Both the position numbers and the translations under genes were made by a program. Below, one piece after another: positions 9,599 through 18,249 of a stretch of 64,000 nt of DNA. The stretch comes from an uncultured Acidobacteriota bacterium. Its GTDB lineage: Bacteria; Acidobacteriota; Thermoanaerobaculia; UBA5066. Location of the stretch: positions 80,904 through 144,903 of the forward strand of contig CAWDEX010000003.1 in the NCBI GenBank assembly GCA_963801475.1, in the 5' to 3' direction. Positions within the stretch are counted from its first letter, which is position 1. Each line of letters begins with the position of its first letter. The notes under the pieces are model-generated. The model had not been told where the DNA came from. It saw only the letters and a program-made list of their open reading frames with translations, and made no database searches.

Positions 9599-10971
9599 GC
9601 GTCCTCGCGGAACGCGGGCCGGAGGTGCCCGTATTCCTGCGAGTTGGCCGGCGTGAGGCCTCCGGACGCCGCGGCGAAGGCCGCCACCCGGGCCCTCAGC
9701 TCGGGCTTGAGCCACGGCACACGCGGGTCCTCGTGCGTCATCCACCCCATCCACTCGGGCTCGATCCACTCTTCGAGCGAACCGGGCGTACCGTCGATCG
9801 GATCGACGTTCCCGTACGTCCCGCGCCTCTGCGGCGTCGGCGTGTAGTAATAGGTGATCAGCTTCATCGTCGGGTTCACAGCCTTGAGACGCCGGATGAA
9901 GGCGAGTGTCTTTTCGGCCTCGGCCTCGGGGTCGTCGGGATCGCCGAACATGAAGGAGAACTCCGGAACGATGCCGTGCTCCCGGGCCCTCGCCGCAAAC
10001 GCAAGGGTCTGCTCCGTCGTCAGGTTCTTCGACATCCTCGCGAGGGTCGCGTCCGATCCCGACTCGGCGCCGAGGTAGACCATGGTGCAGCCGGAGCGGC
10101 GGATCTTCTCCCATGTCCGGTCGGAGAAGCGGAGCATGACGTCGATCCGGGCCTCGCACCACCAGCGAAGCTCCAGCGGAGTCATCCGTTCGGCGATCTC
10201 GCCGGCGTGCGCCTCGGACTGGAAGAAGTTGTTGTCGTAGAAGTGGAGACCGTCCATCCCGTGCCCCCGGACGAGGCCGGAGAGGTTCTCGACGGTCCGG
10301 GCGGGGTTCTCGAATTTCTCCCGGCTTCCGTAGACGGAGATCACGCCGCAGAAGTTGCACGTGTAAGGGCAGCCGATCGAGGCCTGGTAGACGCCGCTCC
10401 GCCGGCCGAGAAAGGTCGGTTCGAGATAGTCATCCACGTCGATTCGCCCGTACGGAGGCGGCGGCAGCTCGTCGGGACCGACCCACGGCCGTTCGGCGTT
10501 CAGCCGGACGGACCCGGCCTCCTTCCAGCCGAGACCGGCGACCGACGAGGGTTCGCGACGGCCTTCGAGAACTTCGAGAAGCTCGAGGAACGTCCGCTCA
10601 CCCTGGCCGCGCACGATCCAGTCGACGTACGGTGCGGCCAGGACCGTCCCCGGATAGAGGGAAGGAAAGTACCCGCCCCAGACGACGGGAACCCGTGGAA
10701 ACCTCTTCTTCAGCCTCTTCGTCAGCGGGACGGCGGCGGCGAGCTGCGGGCCGGGCATGACCGTGAACGCCAGCAGGCGAACGCGGTCGCCTGCCGCTTC
10801 GGCCGCTTCGGCCCGCTGGACGACGGCGTTGAAGACGTCCGGGTCCGGCCGGTTTCCGTCCACGATGTCCCACGTTTCACCCTCGGGAAGCGCGGCCCCG
10901 AGCGCCATGACGGAGAGAGGGAACCGCCGATGGAGGGGCCTCGTCGCCCGGGGGTTGATCAGGAGGATCAT
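9595..10971 (-). CDS. B12-binding radical SAM protein, paralog C
   Basis: 'MILLINPRATRPL...' N-terminus typical of B12-rSAM enzymes, and 'SIGCPYTCNFCGV' CxxxCxxC. 458 aa. Confidence 0.75.
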   Translation of the reverse strand: MILLINPRATRPLHRRFPLSVMALGAALPEGETWDIVDGNRPDPDVFNAVVQRAEAAEAAGDRVRLLAFTVMPGPQLAAAVPLTKRLKKRFPRVPVVWGGYFPSLYPGTVLAAPYVDWIVRGQGERTFLELLEVLEGRREPSSVAGLGWKEAGSVRLNAERPWVGPDELPPPPYGRIDVDDYLEPTFLGRRSGVYQASIGCPYTCNFCGVISVYGSREKFENPARTVENLSGLVRGHGMDGLHFYDNNFFQSEAHAGEIAERMTPLELRWWCEARIDVMLRFSDRTWEKIRRSGCTMVYLGAESGSDATLARMSKNLTTEQTLAFAARAREHGIVPEFSFMFGDPDDPEAEAEKTLAFIRRLKAVNPTMKLITYYYTPTPQRRGTYGNVDPIDGTPGSLEEWIEPEWMGWMTHEDPRVPWLKPELRARVAAFAAASGGLTPANSQEYGHLRPAFREDA

Positions 10972-10981
10972 GGCGCGGGCG

Positions 10982-12457
10982 CTATGACGCGTCCCGGGCG
11001 CCGGCCGCCGCGGCGCGCGGAAGACCGGCGGAGGGGAGGATCTTCCGCTCGGAGCGGAAGTCCGCCTCGCGCCAGGCGAGGTCCTTCCAGGCGTCGTCGA
11101 TCGCCGCCGGCTCCATGGGCCCTTCCCGTCCCGTGAGGACGAGCGCCTCGGCGTGCAGGAGGTCGCGCACGGTCCGGTAGAACGGGCTCGTGTAGGTCCC
11201 CTCGAAAAGCATCGCCAGCTCGTCCGTGTCGCTCCAGTTCTTCTGGTTCCGCATCTGATCCCGGACGCGGTCGTAGAACACGGTGCCCGGGAGAGGGTAA
11301 GAGACGGAGACGCCGATGTCGTGCGGCCGCTCCTCGCGGAGGAGCTGGCGCGTCGAGAGAATCTCCCCCCACGTCTCGCCCGTGTAGCCGAGCTGGAGGA
11401 ACCACGACGGGAGGATCCCGTGGCGTTTGAGGAGCCGGGTGGCCGACCGGGTCTGCTCCACGCGCGCCCCCTTGTCCATCGCGTCGAGGACCTTCTGCGA
11501 GCCCGACTCGACCCCCATCCAGACCTCCTCGCACCCGGCGTGGGAGAGGGCGGCGACGGCCGAGGGGGTCATCAGGTCGATGCGCGACTGCATCGTGAAG
11601 GGGATCCGGGCGTCCCGGCGGTCCACCTCCTCGGCGAACGACTCGATCCAGCGCGGCGTCAGGCCGAAGATGTCGTCGGCGAACCAGAGGTGGTCGGGGC
11701 GGACACGGGTCTTGAGCGCGGCCATCTCGTCGGCGACGGCCTGAGGGCTCCGCTGCGCGTACCGCGTGCCGTAGAGGGGCTTCGCGCACCAGTTGCAGCG
11801 GTAGGGGCAGCCGCGGGTCGTCACGGCGTTCCATGAGAAGCGCCCGTGCGCCCGCAGCCACGTGGCCCGGTAGCGCGCGGCGTCGACGAGGTCCCACGCG
11901 GGAAGGGGGAGGGCGTCGAGGTCCTCGAGGAACGGGCGGGGCGGTGTCCGGTGGACGAGGCCCCCCTCCGCGGGCAGGGCGAGCCCTGCGATCCCGGTGA
12001 GGCACGGCACGGGAGCGGCCCACGCGGCGACGAGCTCGGGGGCCGTCCGCTCGGTCTCGCCGAGCATCACGGCGTCGGCTCCGGCCGCGAGGTAGAGCTC
12101 CGGGCGGTCGGCCGCGTCGGGGCTGTTCACGGCCACCGGAAGGCCCCGCTCCTTCGCCGCGCGAATCATCGCGAGGGTTCCCTCCCGCATCCGGGTCGTG
12201 CACATCTTCGTCAGGAAGTTGAAACCGTCCTCGATGAGGAGAACGGCGGCGAAGCGCTCGCCCGCGAGGCGCGGCACGAACTCCTCCTCGCCGGGGGAGA
12301 GCATGGCGTCGAAGAGGGCCACCTCGTACCCGCGAGACCGGAGGACCGCCGCGGTCAGAAGCGTGGCGAGAGGCGGGTAGGGACGCATCTTTCTCGTCTG
12401 CTTCGCGTCGTGCGCCAGGAAGAAGGAATGGGCGAGGAGGAGGCGCCGGCCGGCCAT
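10982..12457 (-). CDS. B12-binding radical SAM protein, paralog D
   Basis: 'MAGRRLLLAHSFFLAHDAKQTRKMRPYPPLATLL' and 'TTRGCPYRCNWCAKP'. The ATG at 12457 is preferred by homology with paralog B over the track start at 12475. Confidence 0.75.
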   Translation of the reverse strand: MAGRRLLLAHSFFLAHDAKQTRKMRPYPPLATLLTAAVLRSRGYEVALFDAMLSPGEEEFVPRLAGERFAAVLLIEDGFNFLTKMCTTRMREGTLAMIRAAKERGLPVAVNSPDAADRPELYLAAGADAVMLGETERTAPELVAAWAAPVPCLTGIAGLALPAEGGLVHRTPPRPFLEDLDALPLPAWDLVDAARYRATWLRAHGRFSWNAVTTRGCPYRCNWCAKPLYGTRYAQRSPQAVADEMAALKTRVRPDHLWFADDIFGLTPRWIESFAEEVDRRDARIPFTMQSRIDLMTPSAVAALSHAGCEEVWMGVESGSQKVLDAMDKGARVEQTRSATRLLKRHGILPSWFLQLGYTGETWGEILSTRQLLREERPHDIGVSVSYPLPGTVFYDRVRDQMRNQKNWSDTDELAMLFEGTYTSPFYRTVRDLLHAEALVLTGREGPMEPAAIDDAWKDLAWREADFRSERKILPSAGLPRAAAAGARDAS

Positions 12458-12464
12458 AATGAGA

Positions 12465-13391
12465 CTATATCTCACTTGATCGCGCGATGGTTTCGAGACG
12501 GCGGAGGGCTCCGGCGAGGTCCCGGGCGCCGTCCAGCCGGAATCCGCCCCGGGCCCCCCAGGCGCGGGCGAGGACGTCCGGGTCCGCCCCGTCCCGCTCC
12601 TGCGGGATCTCCCCGTCCCGGAACGCCGCGGCGAACGCCTCGGCCGGGAGCGACACGAGCGCTGCCGGCGTCCGATCGCGATCTCCGAGAAGAACCGCGG
12701 CGGCGAGCCGGGCGTGGCGGGCTACGGGCGACGTCCCGGTCCAGAGGTCGACCCGCCGCTTCGCCTCGCCGCCTGTAAACGCGGGCTCCGTCCGGTCGAA
12801 GAGGCCGAGAAGCTCCGCGCCGTCGGGAAGGAGCGTCAGGTCACGGACGCCGGCGGCCAGTTCCTCCGGGTCCTCGCGGGCCACGAGGAGGCTCTCGTCG
12901 GCCAGGACGGAAAGGCCCTCGCCGGCGAGCGCCGCCGCGAGGGTCGACTTTCCGGCTCCCGGACCGCCGCGGATCACGATTGTGCCTCGTGGCCCGACGA
13001 TGGCGGCCGCGTGAAGGATCTGCCACTTCCGGCGGGAGAGGAGCGCCGTCGCCGGCGCCTCGAAAAGGTAACGCGCCGCAAGGGCCGGATCCCGCGAGAG
13101 GAGAGCGCGGGACACACGCGCCTCGACACGCGCCGCCGTCACATCGATCCGCGCGCGGAGGAGATCGCCAAGGGCCAGCTCCCAGCCGTCACGTCTCCTC
13201 TTCCAGACGAGTCCGCGCTCCGGGAGCTGGCCTGCCTCCGGGCCCTCGAGAACGGCAACGTCGAACCGGATCGCGTCCGGATCGGCCTCCCGAGCGGGCT
13301 CCCAGAGCGTCTCGGCGAGGACAAACGGCAACGGGTCGTCCGAAGTGAGGACGAGTCGGTCGCGGGGCGGAGCGAAGACTCTGACGGGCAA
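12465..13391 (-). CDS. HPr-kinase-C-terminal-domain-like P-loop kinase (HprK-related)
   Basis: 'VIRGGPGAGKSTLAAALAGEGLSVLADESLLV' matches the HprK C-domain Walker-A pattern plus 'L(V/A)(A)DE'. It has no HprK N-domain. It is the first gene of the rSAM operon. Its start codon is uncertain (TTG/GTG). Confidence 0.55.
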   Translation of the reverse strand: MPVRVFAPPRDRLVLTSDDPLPFVLAETLWEPAREADPDAIRFDVAVLEGPEAGQLPERGLVWKRRRDGWELALGDLLRARIDVTAARVEARVSRALLSRDPALAARYLFEAPATALLSRRKWQILHAAAIVGPRGTIVIRGGPGAGKSTLAAALAGEGLSVLADESLLVAREDPEELAAGVRDLTLLPDGAELLGLFDRTEPAFTGGEAKRRVDLWTGTSPVARHARLAAAVLLGDRDRTPAALVSLPAEAFAAAFRDGEIPQERDGADPDVLARAWGARGGFRLDGARDLAGALRRLETIARSSEI

Positions 13392-13450
13392 TCAGGGAAA
13401 CTCGCGCAACCTTTTCCGGGGTATCGGCGTCCATACTCTCACGGAGAGGA

Positions 13451-16400
13451 TTGCCTGTGAGAGCCGCACGCCACGTCCTGCTTCCCGTCCTCGTTTCGGC
13501 CGTTCTCCTCCCGGTCGCGGCGCCGGCGGCCGCCGGCGAGATCCGGGGCCGGCTCCTCGTCGGCGAGAAGCCGGCGTCGGGCGTCTCGGTGACGGCTCTT
13601 CACTACGAGCCGCCTCTCGAGGCGGCCCGGCGACAGGCTCGGGGCGGCGGGGAGCCGAAAGCGGTCGTCGGCGCGACCACCGGGGCGGACGGCCGGTTCG
13701 CGCTGGCCGTTCCTTCGGAGCCGCCCGGGGGATTCGTCGTCCGCCTGTCCGGCGCCGATGTCCGGGCGGCCGAGGTCGAAGGCGTGTTCGACGCCTCCGA
13801 GGTCGTCGATCTCGGCGATCACGTTCTCGCGATCGGAGAGGCGCTCGCCGGAACCGTTCTCGACCGGACGGGCCGGCCGGTGGCGGGAGCGGAGGTGACG
13901 CTGCTCGCCGCGACGCCGGGCGGCGGGGATCTGGTCGCGGTGCCGGTCCGGACGACGACGGGAGCGGACGGCACCTTCCGGCTGGACGGTGCGGCGGGAG
14001 ACCGGGGGACGAACGCCCTCCGGGTCGAGATGAAGGGATTCGCGCCCTTTGCGGAGACCCTCGCGAAGGCGGGCGCCCTGTCGACGCCGGTCGTCCTCGC
14101 CCCGGGCGTCACCCTTTCCGGAACCGTCAGGCCGCTTCCCGGAAGAACCGCCGCGGGAGCCCTCGTCCGCTTCGAAGGGCGAGCGGAGACGCGCTGGGTC
14201 GAGACCGGTCCGGACGGGACCTTCACGATTCCGGATGCGCCGCCGGGCAGAGGCCGTCTCGTCGCCGACGCCGGAGAAGCGGGATTCGGCGAAGCGACGG
14301 GCCTCGTTCTACCGCTCGCGGAGGGGAAGGGCGCCACCGTCGCCCTCATGCGGCCCGCCTCGCTCGAGGGGCGCGTCGTGGACGCGAAGACGCTCCGGGC
14401 CGTCGCGCGTGCGAAGGTGAGCGTCAGCCGGGGCGCCCTCCGGCGGACGGTCCGCTCCGGACCGGATGGCCGGTACGTCCTCGCCCCGGTTCCTCCGGGG
14501 ACGTGGAGCTTCCAGGCCGACGAGCCGCGATTCGTTCTCTTGCGGAAGAACGTCACGATCGCCCCGGGCGAGACGATGAAGCTGGACGCCCCGCTCGTCC
14601 CCGGCGCCACGCTCGCCGGACGCGTGACGGACGAGAACGGTCAGCCGGTCGCCGGAGCGCAGGGAACGTTCGCCCCGGCCACCATGACCGGAATTGCGGC
14701 GCTGCTCCGCCAGGCCCGGGCCGGGGGAGGGGCGACCGCTTTCCGGACGGCCGCCGACGGGACCTTCCGGGCGTCGCGTCTCGCCCCGGGCGAGAACCAG
14801 CGGCTCACCGTCGGCCACCCCGACTACGCCGCGACGACGGTGGGCGGAATCAACCTTCTCTCCGGCCAGTCGTCGGCCAACCTGGCCATCGTTCTGCGGC
14901 GCGGGACCGTCGTCGCCGGCGTCGTCCGGGACAAGGACGGCGCGCCCGTGGAGGGAGCCGAGGCCGAAGTCCAGCTGGGGATGAGCTTCCGCGGAGGGCG
15001 CGGCGGTGCTGCGGCCCAGATCAACGTCCTGCCGGGCCCCGGCGGCGTGCGCGGGCGCCCGCCCGTGAGGACCGGCGCGGACGGCCGGTTCGAGCTCCGC
15101 GGCCTCTCTCCGGGGGACTACACGCTCTGGATCAGGAAGAGCGGATTCGCCACCGAGCGGATCGATCCCGTGAAGGTGCCGGAGAACGGCTCGCCCGAGG
15201 CGATCACGGTCACGCTGGGGCCGGGCGCGGCGATCGCGGGAATCGTCCGCCAGAAGAGCGGCACCCCCGCCGAAGGGTGGTCCGTTCTCGCGAGCGAGGC
15301 CGGCACGTCGGCGATCGGGCCGCGGGCCCGTGCCAACCTAAACCCGACGGGCGCGGACGGCCTCTTCGTTCTCGAAGGGCTCAAGCCCGGGCAGGCGTAC
15401 GACCTCCAGCTCGTCGGCGGGCCGGGGATCGGCCCGTCGCGAAAAGGCGTCGTCCCGCCCGCCGACGGCGTCGAGATCGTCGTCGCGGGAGGCGGGCGGA
15501 TCGCGGGGCGCGCCGTGGACGCACAGTCGGGACGCCCGATCCCGGAATACGCCGTCTCCTACGAGCCGGAGCGGACGGGCGGCGGCGGCGTCTTCCGGAT
15601 CGTGAACCGGATGGCGGGGCAGCGCCTGACCGGGATGGGAGAGAAGACCGAGGTCCGGTCGGACGACGGGACGTTTCTCCTCGAGGACGTCCCGCCCGGG
15701 ACGTGGTCCGTCGTCGTCGAAGCGAAGGGATACCAGCCTGCGCGCGCCGGAAACGTCGTCGTCGAGGAAGGGAAGACCGTGGGAGACGTCGAGGTGAAGG
15801 CCTCCCTCGGAAGCTTTCTCAAGGGGCGCGCTCTCGACTCGGTCTCGGGCCGTCCGGTTCCCGGCGCCACCGTGACGCACGGCACGGGGGGCGCCGGTGG
15901 CGGTCCTCTCGCCCTTCTGGCCGGTGCGGCGAGCGACGAAGAGACCACGACCGACGCGGACGGGGCGTTCAACCTCGACGGCCTCGTCCCCGGAAAGGTC
16001 ACGCTGACCGTGAAGCATCCGGATTACGCCGACGCGACCCAGACGATCGACGTGAGGGAAGGAACGGCGGCCGTCGACATCAAGCTGGCGCCGGGAAGCG
16101 CTCTCGGCGGTCTCGTCCTCTCCGACGGGCAGCAGCCGCTCCCGGGCGCCAGCGTCGCCCTTCAGTCGGCGGGCGACGCCGGCTTCGGCCGCGGCCTGCT
16201 CGCCGGGGGGCAGACCGTCGTGACCGACGCCTCGGGGCGCTTCCGCTTCGACCACCTCCCGTCGGGGCGATACGGCCTCGTCGCGTCGATCCAGAACCGG
16301 TCCAGCGCGACCCAGACGATCGTCCTTCAGGACGGCCAGGCTCGCGACGACGCCGTCCTTAAGATCGCGGCCGGCGCGACGCTGCAGGGGGTCGTGAGCG

Positions 16401-17668
16401 GAATCCCCGATTCCTGGAAGAACGGGATGACGATCACGGCGAGCGGCGCCGAGTCGTTCAGCGGATCGACGCGGACCGGCGCGGACGGGAGCTTCCAGTT
16501 CGCCGGCGTACCGGCCGGGACCGTGACGCTTCGCGCGACGGCGGGGGACTTCGCCGGCTCGTCCCGCAGCGTCCTCAAGCAGGTCGAGATGCCCGACGGC
16601 CAGCCGGTCGTCCAGACCGAGATCGTCTTCGATCCGGGCTACGTTCTGTCGGGACGGGTCACGCGGTCCGGCGAGCCGCTCCCGAACGTCACGGTCATCG
16701 CGAGCCTGATCGGCGGCGGCGGACGGCAGGCCTCCTCGAGAACGGACGACGGCGGCTCGTACCGGATGGAGGGGCTCGCCGAGGGAACGTACAACGTCAT
16801 GGCGGCGGCGAACGTCCTCGGCGGGTCGATGCACAGTCAGCAGGTGGTCCTGAACGGGGACCAGAGCGTCGACATCGCCTTCCCGTCCGGGAAGATCGGC
16901 GGGACGGTCGTGGACTCGCAGGCCTCGAAGCCTCTTTCGGAGGCCGTCGTCCAGATTACGCCGGCCGACCCGAACGCGGCTCCCGCCGGAGGGCGGACGA
17001 CCCGTTCGGCCACGACCGACAGCAACGGAGCCTTCGTGATCACGGACCTCGATCCCGTCAGCTACACCCTGAACATCCAGAAGCCCGACTACGTCTTCCA
17101 CAGGCTCAGCATCACGGCTGCCGAGCAGGGGACCGACGGACTCACCTTCCAGATGAGCCGCGGCCAGGGGATCGGAGTCGTCGGGCGGGATGGCGTCTAC
17201 GGCGTCCCGCTCCACGGCCTGATGGCCCGCGTCCTCGACGGCGCCGGCGCTCCCGCGTTCACGGGCGCGATCCCTCTCGATGGAAACGGGGTCGGCGAGA
17301 TCCCGTCGCTCCCGCCGGGGAGCTACACGCTGATGGCGAGCGCGAGCGGCTACGCCGTCACGACGATCCCGAACGTCTCCGTTCCCTCAGCTCCCGTCAC
17401 GGTCTCGCTGACACCGGGCGGGAGCGCGGAGATCCGTTCCGGACCGAAGACGCTCGCGACCGGGACCGCCCGGATGCAGATCCTGACGGCCGCGGGAACG
17501 CCGTACCCGTTCAATCTCTTCAGCGCGGACGGGACCTTCGCCGTCTCGACCCCGGTCCGGCGGATCGACAACCTCGCGCCCGGCAGCTACGTCCTCGCCG
17601 TGACGGGAGGCGCCCCGAAGGGCTTCGCCGTCCGGGAAGGGGGCGTCACGCCCGTCGAGCTGCCCTAG
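13451..17668 (+). CDS. secreted giant protein of ~14 tandem carboxypeptidase-regulatory-like (CarboxypepD_reg-like) domains
   Basis: N-terminal signal peptide 'RAARHVLLPVLVSAVLLPVAAPAAAGE'. A ~90-100 aa module recurs with the motif '(G)xVxDxxGxPVxGAxV...tDxxGxFxL...PGxYxL', for example 'GRVVDAKTLRAVARAKVSV', 'GRVTDENGQPVAGAQGTF' and 'GVVRDKDGAPVEGAEAEV'. There is an RBS 'GGAGAGGA' before GTG 13457. Confidence 0.65.
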   Translation: MPVRAARHVLLPVLVSAVLLPVAAPAAAGEIRGRLLVGEKPASGVSVTALHYEPPLEAARRQARGGGEPKAVVGATTGADGRFALAVPSEPPGGFVVRLSGADVRAAEVEGVFDASEVVDLGDHVLAIGEALAGTVLDRTGRPVAGAEVTLLAATPGGGDLVAVPVRTTTGADGTFRLDGAAGDRGTNALRVEMKGFAPFAETLAKAGALSTPVVLAPGVTLSGTVRPLPGRTAAGALVRFEGRAETRWVETGPDGTFTIPDAPPGRGRLVADAGEAGFGEATGLVLPLAEGKGATVALMRPASLEGRVVDAKTLRAVARAKVSVSRGALRRTVRSGPDGRYVLAPVPPGTWSFQADEPRFVLLRKNVTIAPGETMKLDAPLVPGATLAGRVTDENGQPVAGAQGTFAPATMTGIAALLRQARAGGGATAFRTAADGTFRASRLAPGENQRLTVGHPDYAATTVGGINLLSGQSSANLAIVLRRGTVVAGVVRDKDGAPVEGAEAEVQLGMSFRGGRGGAAAQINVLPGPGGVRGRPPVRTGADGRFELRGLSPGDYTLWIRKSGFATERIDPVKVPENGSPEAITVTLGPGAAIAGIVRQKSGTPAEGWSVLASEAGTSAIGPRARANLNPTGADGLFVLEGLKPGQAYDLQLVGGPGIGPSRKGVVPPADGVEIVVAGGGRIAGRAVDAQSGRPIPEYAVSYEPERTGGGGVFRIVNRMAGQRLTGMGEKTEVRSDDGTFLLEDVPPGTWSVVVEAKGYQPARAGNVVVEEGKTVGDVEVKASLGSFLKGRALDSVSGRPVPGATVTHGTGGAGGGPLALLAGAASDEETTTDADGAFNLDGLVPGKVTLTVKHPDYADATQTIDVREGTAAVDIKLAPGSALGGLVLSDGQQPLPGASVALQSAGDAGFGRGLLAGGQTVVTDASGRFRFDHLPSGRYGLVASIQNRSSATQTIVLQDGQARDDAVLKIAAGATLQGVVSGIPDSWKNGMTITASGAESFSGSTRTGADGSFQFAGVPAGTVTLRATAGDFAGSSRSVLKQVEMPDGQPVVQTEIVFDPGYVLSGRVTRSGEPLPNVTVIASLIGGGGRQASSRTDDGGSYRMEGLAEGTYNVMAAANVLGGSMHSQQVVLNGDQSVDIAFPSGKIGGTVVDSQASKPLSEAVVQITPADPNAAPAGGRTTRSATTDSNGAFVITDLDPVSYTLNIQKPDYVFHRLSITAAEQGTDGLTFQMSRGQGIGVVGRDGVYGVPLHGLMARVLDGAGAPAFTGAIPLDGNGVGEIPSLPPGSYTLMASASGYAVTTIPNVSVPSAPVTVSLTPGGSAEIRSGPKTLATGTARMQILTAAGTPYPFNLFSADGTFAVSTPVRRIDNLAPGSYVLAVTGGAPKGFAVREGGVTPVELP

Positions 17669-17674
17669 GCCGGG

Positions 17675-18208
17675 CTACTCGCGGACCCAGACGTTCGAGG
17701 CCGGATTCCAGCGGAACGCGGCGACGGCTCCGGACGGGCAGCAGTTCGCGTCGCCGTCCTGGTAGACGGGGAAGCGCCGCCGGAGGACGCCGCCCGCGGC
17801 CGTGTACGTGTCGTGTCCCCGGTATCCGGTCTGCTGGTCGGGCATCAGGTCGGCGACGATCCCGCCGTGGAACCGCTCTCTCTTCCACTCCCAGATGTCG
17901 AGTCGCCCGTACGCACCGCTCCCGGACGACGAGATGAAGACGACCAGGTCGCGATTTCCGTCGCCGGTGACGTCCTCGAAGAAGACGTTCGTGATCGTCC
18001 CGTCGCGCTTGAGCTTCACGACCTGGGGCCTCATCCCTTTCCCGGTGATCGTGACCGTGTAGCTCCCGATGGCGCACGGTTCTTTCGGCGGCACCGTCAC
18101 GTGGACGGTGACGCCGTCACCCGCCAGCATCGAGTCGTACGCGCAGCCCGCGCCGGCGAGAGCCCGGGAGGCGAGGGACAAGACGACGGCGGCGACGGTG
18201 CGTCGCAT
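17675..18208 (-). CDS. putative lipoprotein, function unknown
   Basis: It has a lipobox 'LAGAGC' after an h-region, a 'DVTGDGNRDLVVF' FG-GAP-like segment and a C-terminal Cys pair 'ANCCPSG'. Function is unknown. Confidence 0.4.
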   Translation of the reverse strand: MRRTVAAVVLSLASRALAGAGCAYDSMLAGDGVTVHVTVPPKEPCAIGSYTVTITGKGMRPQVVKLKRDGTITNVFFEDVTGDGNRDLVVFISSSGSGAYGRLDIWEWKRERFHGGIVADLMPDQQTGYRGHDTYTAAGGVLRRRFPVYQDGDANCCPSGAVAAFRWNPASNVWVRE

Positions 18209-18249
18209 GGTGGTGGGGGAGTCTAGCGCCGCCGGTCATAATCCCCCCC

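Noticed and set aside
12458-13450. A cobalamin riboswitch or other leader element upstream of the B12-rSAM operon.
   Set aside because: The only non-coding DNA upstream of the operon is the 59-bp divergent spacer. No B12-box (GCCACTG) or long structured leader is present.
4917-13450. A small leader or precursor-peptide ORF for a RiPP-type pathway.
   Set aside because: All intergenic gaps in and around the operon are 16 bp or less, except the 59-bp divergent spacer. The small ORFs in the track there are alternative-frame artefacts inside the rSAM genes. A precursor may exist elsewhere in the genome, but none can be supported from this window.
13345-16362. A 1005-aa plus-strand ORF, and the 15338-17215 minus-strand ORF, both overlapping the giant repeat-protein gene.
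   Set aside because: These are alternative-frame and antisense ORFs inside 13451-17668. They give Arg/Gly/Pro-rich garbage with no motifs. The frame of 13451-17668 has a signal peptide and a periodic domain structure.
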